A DNA stretch of 61,407 nucleotides, the filler included, from Basidiobolus ranarum (Eukaryota): assembly GCA_040143965.1 (NCBI GenBank). It is 19 parts of 19 records of this genome, joined end to end, with 100 filler letters (N's around TTAATTAATTAA, not from the genome) between each part and the next. Parts side by side here need not be neighbours in the genome. Positions count along the whole stretch, not along the records: positions 1 to 3,148 come from JASJQH010009570.1; positions 3,249 to 6,396 come from JASJQH010009571.1; positions 6,497 to 9,641 come from JASJQH010009572.1; 16 more parts are not named here. One strand, written 5' to 3'. The notes under the pieces are model-generated. The model had not been told where the DNA came from and made no database searches. It saw only the letters and a program-made list of their open reading frames with translations. Made by a program: the position numbers and the translations under genes. Below, piece by piece: positions 1 through 9,741 of the stretch (its first letter is position 1; each line of letters starts with the position of its first letter).

Positions 1-1946
1 CTGCACAGCTCAAATACATGAACCCCAGACTGTAAAAGAGGCCCTGAATGGCCCTCACACAAAATTTTGGAGATCTGCAATGGCTGATGAGTACCAGGCT
101 TTGATTGATAAGCAAACTTGGACTTTAACCAACTTACCTGATGATAGAAAATCAATATCCTGCCAATGGGTGTTTAAAGCTAAACACAACTCTGATGGAA
201 ATATAAAACAGTAGAAGCCTAGACTAGTAGCCAAAGGTTTATCCCAAGCACCAGGAATAGATTACACAGAAACTTTTGTTTCTGTAGCAATGTTTAATTC
301 AATTAGATTGATTTTAGCAATTTCAGCAAAATATCAGTTTATTATACATCAAAGGAATGTTAAAACTGCTTTTTACACTAGTGAGCTTGCTCAAGAGATC
401 TATATGGACCAGCCAGATGGATTTGTGAACCCAGAAAACCCTAAAAAAAGTTTGCAGACTCCCAATAACACTCTATGGCTTATAATAATCTCCAAGAGCT
501 GGGAATAGCAAGATAGATGCTTTTTTGGAAACACTCCAATTGAAAAAGAGCAATGCTGACTATAATGTCTACTTCAGGCCAGATAAGAAAAACCTGGTTC
601 TATTAGCCTTATATGTAAATGACCTTTTTATTGTTGAAATTAGCATTGCCTAAGCACCTATATAGTCATATATAGCTTAGTACTTAGTTATCTTATTAAT
701 TCACTAAGATATTATCAATTATTCTGAATTGGAATTTGCCTAGAATACTTTTACCAACTTAGAGGTTCTCAGATATATATGTTTTTTCAAACTAGTTCTG
801 GAAGCCCTAAACTTTGCACACATGTTCCTAGGACCTTCCTTAACACATTCTACATGTTAGTTTGTTTACATCTGAACAAAACTATAAATGTCAACTTTCT
901 ACTCAATAAAACAATAAGTGAAAACCACTAATTCCTCTAATTCTTCAAACCACTTCCAACAAGCTCCCAAATACTTTAACATTTGTAGCAAACAATGCCT
1001 TGAAGACTTTGGAGAAAATCAACTCCAGCTTATCTGCCAAATTCAAAATGACTGATCTTGGTGAGCTGATGTACCATCTTGGAATCCAAATTAAGATAGA
1101 TACAACTACCAAGGCAATAGCTCAAAACCAGTCTAGGGACATCCTAGATATTCTAAAGAAGTTAAAAATGGAGGAATGTAATCTGGTATCTATCCCAATG
1201 CAGGCAAATCTTAACATGACCAAGAATGGCTCAAATCATATGTTCTTGGATTCAAATGAAAGCCAAAAATATCCTTATCAATCTATGGTTGATAGTTTGA
1301 TGAATATCATGGTTGGAACATGGCCAGATATTATGTATTCTTTGGGAGGTATGTGCCAATATCTTCAAAATTATGGATCTGATGAAATCATAGCAGTTAA
1401 GTGGATTTTCAGATATTTGAAAGGTACTGTGGATCTGTGCTTAAAATACACATATTCTGGATCAAACTTTGATCTAATGGGATATTCAGATGCAAGTTGG
1501 GGAAGAGATATTGAAGACAGGAGATCTACAACAGGATACTTATTTCTTTGCTGCAATGGAGCTATTTCTTGGATTTTAAAGAAACAACCTAGCATAGAAC
1601 TTTCAACAACAGAAGCAGAATACATGGCTGCCTGTTAAGCAACAAAAGAAGCAATATGGTTAAGAAACTCTTAACATATTTATATTATTCCCAAGATCCA
1701 CCAACTACAATAATTCAAGATTATTAAAGTTGTATCAAATTAGCCAAAAATCCAATGTTTCATAATAAAAGTAAATATATAAATATTAAGCATCACTTCA
1801 TTAGAGAGACTATAGAGAATAGGTTTATTGACTTAACTTATTGTTCAACTGAAGACATGATTACTGATATATTAACCAAATCATTAGGGAGACAGAAATT
1901 TCAGAAATTTAGACCTTTATTAGGATTAGTTTATATGACTATTTAG
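1..1946 (+). mobile_element. Degenerate Ty1/copia pol (RT and RNase H), LTR family A
   Basis: Copia RT/RNase H motifs: RLVAKG-SQ-PGIDY-ETF, VKTAF, EIYMDQPDGF, FKMTDLG, GYSDASWG-D-EDRRSTTGY, STTEAEY, HHFIRE, DILTKSL. Multiple stops and frameshifts. Confidence 0.95.
632..981 (+). repeat. Solo copia LTR (family A) inserted into the RT of the same family
   Basis: TGTTGAAATT...TTTAACA, highly similar to the LTR at 1958-2305. Flanked by TTTAT/TTTGT (near-perfect 5-bp TSD). It interrupts the YxDD region, which is contiguous in the copy near 31360. Confidence 0.9.
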
Positions 1947-2305
1947 TAAAGGGAGAGTGTTGAAATTAACATTGCCTAAACACCTATATAGTCATATATA
2001 ACTTAGTACTTGGTTATCTTATAATTCACCATGATACTATCCATCATTCTCAATTGGAACTTACTTAGAATACTTTTACAAACTAAGAAGTTCTCAGATG
2101 TATAGATTTTCCAAACTTGTGCTAGAAGCCCCAAACTTTGCATGCATGGTCCTGGGACCTTCCTTAACACATTCTACATGTTAGTTTGCTCACATCTTGA
2201 CAAAACTATAAATATCAACTTTCTGCTCAATAAAATAATAAGTGAAAACCACCAATTCCTCTAATTCTCCAAACTACTTCCAACAGGCTCCCCAATACTT
2301 TAACA
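1947..2305 (+). repeat. Polypurine tract and 3' LTR (family A)
   Basis: AAAGGGAGAG lies directly before TGTTGAAATT (1958). The LTR ends TTTAACA at 2305. Confidence 0.9.
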
Positions 2306-2413
2306 AATAATACATACTTTTTATATAGATATAGAGATATTCTTCTTGAGAATATAGAGGCTTTAGATATAATGCTTTCTATTTCTGATACAAATATCAC
2401 AACTTGGAGAAAT

Positions 2414-2727
2414 TGTTGGAAAATTAATTTTTATTCAACATCTTAGTTAACTTAAGATATTATCTATTATTCTAAATTGGAATATACTTGAAGTATTTTA
2501 ACCAACTTAGAAGTACTCAGATATATAATTTTTTCCAACTTGTGCTAGAAGCCTCAAACTCTGTACCCACATTCCTAAGAGCTTCCTTAATACATTATAC
2601 ACACCAGTTTGATTCCATTTTGATAAAACTATAAATGGCAACTTTCAACTCAATAAATCAATAAGTGAAAACCATTAATTTTTTAATTCTCCAAACCACT
2701 TCCTACAAGCTTCCAAATACTTTAAGA
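2414..2727 (+). repeat. Degenerate family A LTR
   Basis: Aligns by eye with 632-981 (aaaactataaatg...ctcaataaa...tccaaaccacttcc...aaatacttta). Confidence 0.8.
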
Positions 2728-2935
2728 AATATTTGCTCTATTAAGAACACTAAGAATCCTGATCATGACTTAAGGATCAATTATATTGGCATAAAATATT
2801 GTTTTATATGAGAGAAAATTCAAGACAAAGAAATTAACTTTATTTATTTTAGTACTGTAAACATGCTACAAGATATACTAATAAAACCACTCAAAACTTC
2901 AAATTTTCAAAAGTTAAGAGCAGGCCTAAGCATTA

Positions 2936-3148
2936 GTGAATATAACAAAGAAGCAATGGGTTTCAAAGAAAAAGGAAGCATATAACACCACTAAAAGAGG
3001 AAATGAACACTATGTACTTATGGCAACCTCTAAATCTGGAAATGACTCTGCTGATGTATGGATTCTAGATTCTGGTGCAAGTGATCATATGTGTCACAAT
3101 AGAAACATAATGCATGACTATAAGGAAATAGAACCTCTGGACATCACG
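2936..3148 (+). mobile_element. Copia gag-pol aspartic protease remnant
   Basis: WILDSGASDHMC motif, truncated by the contig end. Confidence 0.8.
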
Positions 3149-3248
3149 NNNNNNNNNNNNNNNNNNNNNNNNNNNNNNNNNNNNNNNNNNNNTTAATTAA
3201 TTAANNNNNNNNNNNNNNNNNNNNNNNNNNNNNNNNNNNNNNNNNNNN
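3149..3248. other. Artificial contig spacer (first of 18 identical 100-bp spacers)
   Basis: N44-TTAATTAATTAA-N44 (stops in all six frames) recurs about every 3.24 kb. Contigs: 1-3148, 3249-6396, 6497-9641, 9742-12885, 12986-16128, 16229-19370, 19471-22611, 22712-25850, 25951-29088, 29189-32325, 32426-35561, 35662-38796, 38897-42030, 42131-45263, 45364-48495, 48596-51727, 51828-54955, 55056-58183, 58284-61407. Lengths never increase along the window. Confidence 0.99.
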
Positions 3249-3470
3249 CCTTCCATGGAAGGTCTTGGCGGAAATACACTATGTGTGGGATGACATGATT
3301 GGTTAGGTTTCATGGAATGTTCCAAAGAACATGATTTCCATATAAGGTAATCTGGATGAGCTGACACCAGATTGCCAAGAAGGGATGGCACAGCAGATAT
3401 GATGTCCTAATTTAATAATAGAGAAGTTCTATTTGTAGTGGATCAGTATGCCAAGATTAGAATCATGACA
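3249..3470 (-). repeat. LTR family D (probable Ty3/gypsy type), 5' part
   Basis: Begins TGTCATGATT on the minus strand. Near-identical to 21200-21422, 22348-22611 and 29360-29584. Confidence 0.75.
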
Positions 3471-6110
3471 GAAACCTTGACTTCTCAGAGTCTGGTAGTG
3501 ATATCCATCAAGTATATCTGTAATACCATCAGCTTTATAGTCAATATTTTAGTATTCAATCAATGATCCATATTTAGGTGATTTCATCAAAAAATTAAGA
3601 TGGGGAATCAATAATATGAAGCCAAACATAAACAATATTTACCTGATTCAGTGATTGCTAATTATGTGCAAACAGTTCATGACTTCAGGTTTTTCAGAGA
3701 ACTGGTGAAACAGTAAGTGTTATGAGTGGACTAATGCATGCCAATGACAAAGAGTCTGTAACAAAACCATCTTCTTCTTCTTGAACTTCTGATATACTAC
3801 CATCAGTACTGAAATAAACAAGGTCAACATCCAGCAGCATGTCCTCAAAGCTGTCTGGACTTACTGGTTTGACAAAACTTTCATTTCTACCTACATCATT
3901 CTGGCTATATAACTGTGGTAACTCCATATTATCTTGACTTTTGATAGTGCCACCAGAGCTTTGACCAATAGCATGGCCAGTGGACTCAGTGGCCCAAACT
4001 AAAGTTGTTTTTGCACAGATATTATAGTTGATATTCACCTGGTTTTGTGCAGCTGGTGGCTTTGTACAGTCACCCTGCTTGTGATTATTGTTTAAGTGAA
4101 GCCTATGGCTTTCATAGAACAAAAATTTTTGACAATAATAGCAGAGCTTCTTTAAATATTTGTGCTGTGGCATGAGAAGGTTATCGTAGAAAAAAGAACA
4201 CCTCCCGTGTTAGGGTGTTATTTTAATTATATTGTGTCAATAACATCAGCTGAATCTGAGACAGTGTCATAGATGAGTCATCAGGAGACTTACAAGATAT
4301 TCCAGATAATGGATGCAATTTTGGTTTATCATAAGCTGTCTCTAAGCAATGTCATTACACAAAATTTACCACCTGAAATTTCCAATGCCATTCAAAAAGT
4401 ATATAAATTCTAAATCAAAATTAGCTTCCAAGCAAAAGCCTGCTGACATAAAAGGAAAATAACCTCCAAGAACAGAGGACTTAATTGATGAGCAGAGCAC
4501 CATAATGATTTGTATGCAATCACAAGTAAAAACTACAAAGCTGCTATAAAGACTATGACAAGCAATAACACCACAATATTGCAATAGATGCAGTGTCAGA
4601 AGCAACTAGTCAACAGTTAGTGAGTCACTCAACAATGATACAAGACCTTCAGAATGCCAAACTTGAGCTACAGCAACATGCTACTCCCTCCATCCATTCC
4701 TATATGGAATTTCAATCAATCCCACACCATACATATGAATGTCATCATGACAATCTAGCAGAGCAGAATATGTGTTGGACCATTAAACCTACACAACATC
4801 CCAAAATTGCTTGGGCATATGAAAGTAGAAATCTTATAGGAAAACTGGCAAACCAAAAGACTCTGAATGTCCAAGTGGCCATCACTTGCTCTCATAATGA
4901 GTGGCTTAACATTTTGGAAACTGGGTGGAATCTTGCCCAAAATCACCATGATCTTAGCCAATCATGAACAACCAAAAACCAGGCATTACTCTGAAGGTTC
5001 TTGACTTATTCCATGTGGCTTATCCTGGGTTTTGCAAGCAAATGGCAATTGGACTAGTATAGGACTATTCATGAAACATCTCATAAATGCTTGCAATTAG
5101 CAACTTGGAAAAGAAAGAAAAGCAGCTTGAGAAATACTCCAGGGGCAGGAAGTCAGTAAACCCTAGGGAAAAGTAAAGGAGCCAGGAAGTTTAGGCTCTA
5201 TTGTCCTACTTATCAGATTCTTTGCACCAATGCAAAGATCTGTACTTCCAGAGTCAGATATATTGGCAAAAAGGTTAATCTCATCATGGCACCAGGTACA
5301 CCAATTGGAAGAGTGCTAAATTTGGAAGTTTATCCAACACCTGGTACCTCTCAACAAGCCAAAACATCAGCAAATAAAACTCATGGCTCTCCACCCTCTA
5401 CTGGTAGCTTTCAAAGTGTTGAAATTAGCCCTAAACTTAAAGGCAAGCATAAAGCCACATAAACACAGCAAAGCACCATCAGTAGTATCTCACTACAAAG
5501 TGATATGAATGTAGTAAAAGAGCTTGAGGAGTATTTTCAAAAGTATGAAGGGGAAAATGCAGTGCAAGTATGCAGAAAGTGGCTTCAGAAGAAGAACATT
5601 CAACTTGATGCTCAGTCTGTTGCTGACCATACCAATATGGGGGAAGAACTTAAGACAGAGTGGCACAATATCATAGGGTATCTGCCAGATAGCTGGAAGA
5701 ATGTTGATTTAGCAACATTAATAGAATGGTGGGCTTGGATGGAAATATTGATATGTAACTTGTGTTGGATATGAGCTAGACCTTGGGTATGAAGAACTCT
5801 ATAAAAATATTCAGGAGAATATATCAAAGAAACTAGGGATTTCAGAGGTGACAAATTAGCATTCAAGTGGTAATAGTGTAAAATTTGAGTTACTTTTTTT
5901 GCACATGTGTTGATCTATAGTTCTCTGAGATTGTAGCCAATCATGTGCAACTATTTTGCAAGATCTTGAAATTTTGCTCCTGAAACTGAAAAAATTGATT
6001 AAAATCAAATCTAACTTGATGGTTTTATGACAGTAGATAAATGGTCAATCCAAAATGGATTAACATTGTGATGGTATTTCTACAATACAAACCTTAAATT
6101 TCTGTTGGGG
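3471..6110. mobile_element. CACTA/EnSpm element: transposase N-terminus (minus, about 3471-4173), divergent ORF2 (plus, about 4540-5800) and terminal repeat ending at 6110
   Basis: The minus strand has a CxxC and acidic region continuing into SPKY...ADGITDILDG, homologous to the Tnp2-type core at 42270-42930. ORF2 fragments (QDLQNAKLELQQH, LEEYFQKYEG...WHNIIGYLPDSWKNVD) recur in several contigs. The end reads CCCCAACAGAAATTT on the minus strand. Confidence 0.8.
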
Positions 6111-6396
6111 AACTTCAAGGACATGCAGCTAGATGTTGACCTTGGTTATTCCAGTACTGATGGTAGTGTATTGGAAGTTGAAGAAGAAGACATTGGTTTT
6201 GTTACTGACTCTTTGTTATTGGCAAACATTAGTCCACTCATAAAACTGACTGTAAAGGAAGCAGCCTTGATTATTGAGGAGTGGAGAGTTGAATCTGATC
6301 TTAGCAACCAGGTGTTTATTGGTTTTCTGTTGCTTTTACCACAGTTGATTGGCAACTGTTGCTTGCCACAGACCTGGTACCAGTCGAAAAACCTTT
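6111..6396 (+). mobile_element. CACTA transposase N-terminal fragment of a second copy (insertion target)
   Basis: EEEDIGFVTDSL...KEAALIIEEWRVES...LPQTWYQ, homologous to 3700-3850 and 38921-39244. Confidence 0.75.
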
Positions 6397-6511
6397 NNNN
6401 NNNNNNNNNNNNNNNNNNNNNNNNNNNNNNNNNNNNNNNNTTAATTAATTAANNNNNNNNNNNNNNNNNNNNNNNNNNNNNNNNNNNNNNNNNNNNATAG
6501 CTTCAACATAC

Positions 6512-7618
6512 TCAAACAATTATCACTGGTTTACCCAAGCAAATCACTAGCTTGACTGGGATTCCGTATTCATTCACTTTTTCTTTGATTTTATCACAGT
6601 AATCTTGATCTCCACGATGAGAAAGGTTGAGGGAATCGAACAAGTCGGACGCACCTTGATCGTCGGAACATGTGTAAGAGTTGCGTAGAATTCCTTCCGA
6701 GACCAATTGATCCTGGATTAGTTTACATCTACTGTCAGACTCTTCTCGGCGGAGTATCCGATTTTCAGAGTGGGGTTCCCTTCTCAAACACACATTTACA
6801 TCTACACTGATGATACCTAGCACCTTCGCATAGGCTGCGACATCTCTGCATCTCATGCGGTCCACATCACTTCTGGAAAGTCTCCTATGGACCTCGAGTC
6901 CTAAGCACACATCAACATTCACATTTATGCCTAATACTTGGAGTCTAGCAACGATGTTTGGACACGTTTGGTTCTCGCTAGGACGGCTGTCGCGGTCACC
7001 GCTATGATCAATGTCATCGAGGTTTATCAGGGCAAAGTCGTTATCATCACCACGAGCTGGGTTTCGGCATATCACACTGCTAACTGGAATCCCGATTTTC
7101 CGGGCCAGTCGAACAAGTTTACCACACGATAGCTTGGTGTAATCCGTGCGCCTAAGTTCATCACCTCCTTTGCCATCGTCGCCGCGAGCTAACCGATGAC
7201 ACACCTCGGGGTGGACCTTAGCTTCGAACAGCCTTAGTCGCTCGACAACTCTTCTGCAATGATGCTCGTAGTCATCTCTCATTGCATCACTCGTTAGAGC
7301 ATTCATTCTCTCTTCTCTTTCGTCTATGGGACAAACTCGAATGTCTACCAAGACACCACGCTCTCGTACTAGATCCACAAGGTCATGGCATCGAAGTTCA
7401 GCAGGATCTAGAAGCTCAATACCCCCGCTGCCAGACTCGTGAGAGTCAGTACATTTCTCGGAAAGAATCTTTGCATTGTAGCGGGAGTTTAGGTGCGACA
7501 CTAGATCCTGGCAGTAGTTTATCCCGACTGGGGGAGTGTATCCTCTCTCCACCAAGTGGCCAGAAGCTAAAAGAGCGCTGGATATGATGAACAATAAATT
7601 GTTGGTAGGAAGCATCAT
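6512..7618 (-). CDS. Secreted Cys-rich repeat protein, copy 1 (368 aa, eight C-x18/19-C modules), family unknown to me
   Basis: Intronless ORF with hydrophobic signal peptide MMLPTNNLLFIISSALLASG. Start moved to the ATG at 7618 because homology with copy 2 ends just upstream. 16 Cys in 8 regularly spaced pairs. TATATATA about 75 nt upstream. Confidence 0.88.
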   Translation of the reverse strand: MMLPTNNLLFIISSALLASGHLVERGYTPPVGINYCQDLVSHLNSRYNAKILSEKCTDSHESGSGGIELLDPAELRCHDLVDLVRERGVLVDIRVCPIDEREERMNALTSDAMRDDYEHHCRRVVERLRLFEAKVHPEVCHRLARGDDGKGGDELRRTDYTKLSCGKLVRLARKIGIPVSSVICRNPARGDDNDFALINLDDIDHSGDRDSRPSENQTCPNIVARLQVLGINVNVDVCLGLEVHRRLSRSDVDRMRCRDVAAYAKVLGIISVDVNVCLRREPHSENRILRREESDSRCKLIQDQLVSEGILRNSYTCSDDQGASDLFDSLNLSHRGDQDYCDKIKEKVNEYGIPVKLVICLGKPVIIV

Positions 7619-7690
7619 GTCAACGTTCAGTCTGATGGAGAAGAGGAAATTGAGTAGAGATGACTGCTTTTCCATCAGTTCAAATTCATC

Positions 7691-7698
7691 TATATATA
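7691..7698 (-). promoter_or_regulatory. Putative TATA box of repeat protein copy 1
   Basis: TATATATA about 75 nt upstream of the ATG at 7618. Confidence 0.5.
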
Positions 7699-8479
7699 CA
7701 AGAGTCACTACTAGCAGATGTTTCTCTTCAGATCAGAATCAGCACTGAATTGTGATCCTATTGTCGTTAGCGCAGTTATCGTATTCTATTGATGCAAGTG
7801 AAAGAGATTTATGCATCGTTACGCAAGTCCTTGCTTCATAGTACTTTTCATAAGTAATTCGGGAGTATTATGACCAGAGTATTTTCGTTAAAAATTTATA
7901 ACTTAATGACTGATTATATTATTAGAGGAGCTAAGATTCTCAGCCAATATCAGTAATAGATTATGAAAGTTCTCCTAAGTATCTTCAAATTTTCGTATTG
8001 AAAACTATCCGATAAATTGAGGCATCGATATGCACCAGCTGCTGGTCGGGTCGGGATATTTGTGATTGAAATCGACAGAATCAAGTCACAATTTGAACCG
8101 GTTAATGAAGTAATCTATTATGGTTCCATGATTGATAATAAAAGTATTTTTGCTTTCCTTGCTCAATTGTAGGCTTAATCGATATCCGCTGTTGGGTTCT
8201 AGAGGGGCATGCTCATTGTAGTCGGGATAGACATTTTATGTCCTTTCCTAATAGGCAAGTAGAATAATTACAAAGTTCATTACATCAACATCAATCGCCA
8301 GTTAAATAATTTGGCGATTGAGAGCCAATATTGGTAAACAACTTTAATCTATGGCAACATTAATCATCCAGTGCAAGATTGTATTTATTTCAGTACTTCT
8401 TGGCAAAAGATAATGCAGAGTTTGATATTATGCGGACATTCAATGGTATTGTGTACAAAGATCTATAGTTTCAAAATAC

Positions 8480-9577
8480 TCAGGCCACTATCACTGGTTT
8501 ACCTAAGCAAGCTACAAGTTTAACTGGGATTCCCTTTTCGTTGAGCATCCTTTTGATTTTATCACAGTACTTTTGATCTCCACGTTCTGAAATTGAATTG
8601 GGGTCGAATGAACTCTGATCTTCTGAACATACAAAAGAGTTACGCAGAATGTCGTTGGAAATCAATTGATCCTCGATTATTTTACATCTACCGTCAGATT
8701 CATCTCGGCGGAGTATCCGATTTTCAGAGTGGGGTTCCCTTCTCAAACACACATTTACATCTACACTGATGATACCTAGCACCTTCGCATAGGCTGCGAC
8801 ATCTCTGCATCTCATGCGGTCCACATCACTTCTGGAAAGTCTCCTATGGACCTCGAGTCCTAAGCACACATCAACATTCACATTTATGCCTAATACTTGG
8901 AGTCTAGCAACGATGTTTGGACACGTTTGGTTCTCGCTAGGACGGCTGTCGCGGTCACCGCTACGATCAATGTCATCGAGGTTTATCAGGGCAAAGTCGT
9001 TATCATCACCACGAGTTGGGTTTCGGCATATCACACTGCTAACTGGAATCCCGATTTTCCGGGCCAGTCGAACAAGTTTACCACACGATAGCTTGGTATA
9101 ATCCGTGCGCCTAAGTTCATCACCTCCTTTGCCATCGTCGCCGCGAGCTAACCGATGACACACCTCGGGGTGGACCTTAGCTTCGAACAGCCTTAGTCGC
9201 TCGACAACTCTTCTGCAATGATGCTCGTAGTCATCTCTCATTGCATCACTCGTTAGAGCATTCATTCTCTCTTCTCTTTCGTCTATAGGACAAACTCGAA
9301 TGTCTACTAAGACACCACGCTCTCGTACTAGATCCACAAGGTCATGGCATCTAAGTTCAGCAGGATCTAAAAGCTCAATACCCCCGCTGCCAGACTCGTG
9401 AGAGCCAGTACATTTCTCGGAAAGAATCCTTGCATTGTAGCGGGAGTTTAGGTGCGACACTAGATCCTGGCAGTAGTTTATCCCGACTGGGGGAGTGTAT
9501 CCTCTCTCCACCAAGTGGCCAGAAGCTAAAAGAGCGCTGGATATGATGAACAATAAATTGTTGGTAAGAAGCATCAT
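8480..9577 (-). CDS. Secreted Cys-rich repeat protein, copy 2 (365 aa), tandem paralogue
   Basis: Near-identical to copy 1 over 8704-9605, diverged over the last about 70 codons, with all 16 Cys kept. AATAAA lies about 90 nt downstream on the minus strand. Confidence 0.88.
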   Translation of the reverse strand: MMLLTNNLLFIISSALLASGHLVERGYTPPVGINYCQDLVSHLNSRYNARILSEKCTGSHESGSGGIELLDPAELRCHDLVDLVRERGVLVDIRVCPIDEREERMNALTSDAMRDDYEHHCRRVVERLRLFEAKVHPEVCHRLARGDDGKGGDELRRTDYTKLSCGKLVRLARKIGIPVSSVICRNPTRGDDNDFALINLDDIDRSGDRDSRPSENQTCPNIVARLQVLGINVNVDVCLGLEVHRRLSRSDVDRMRCRDVAAYAKVLGIISVDVNVCLRREPHSENRILRRDESDGRCKIIEDQLISNDILRNSFVCSEDQSSFDPNSISERGDQKYCDKIKRMLNEKGIPVKLVACLGKPVIVA

Positions 9578-9741
9578 GTCAACGTTCAGTCTGATGGAGG
9601 AGAGGCTACTCAAGAGAAGTATGGAGTAAAGAGAAGCTGTTNNNNNNNNNNNNNNNNNNNNNNNNNNNNNNNNNNNNNNNNNNNNTTAATTAATTAANNN
9701 NNNNNNNNNNNNNNNNNNNNNNNNNNNNNNNNNNNNNNNNN

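Noticed and set aside
7619-7708. N-terminal extensions of the repeat proteins given by the ORF track (398 and 377 aa)
   Set aside because: They use non-ATG starts, overlap the TATA box, are not conserved between copies, and would bury the signal peptide.
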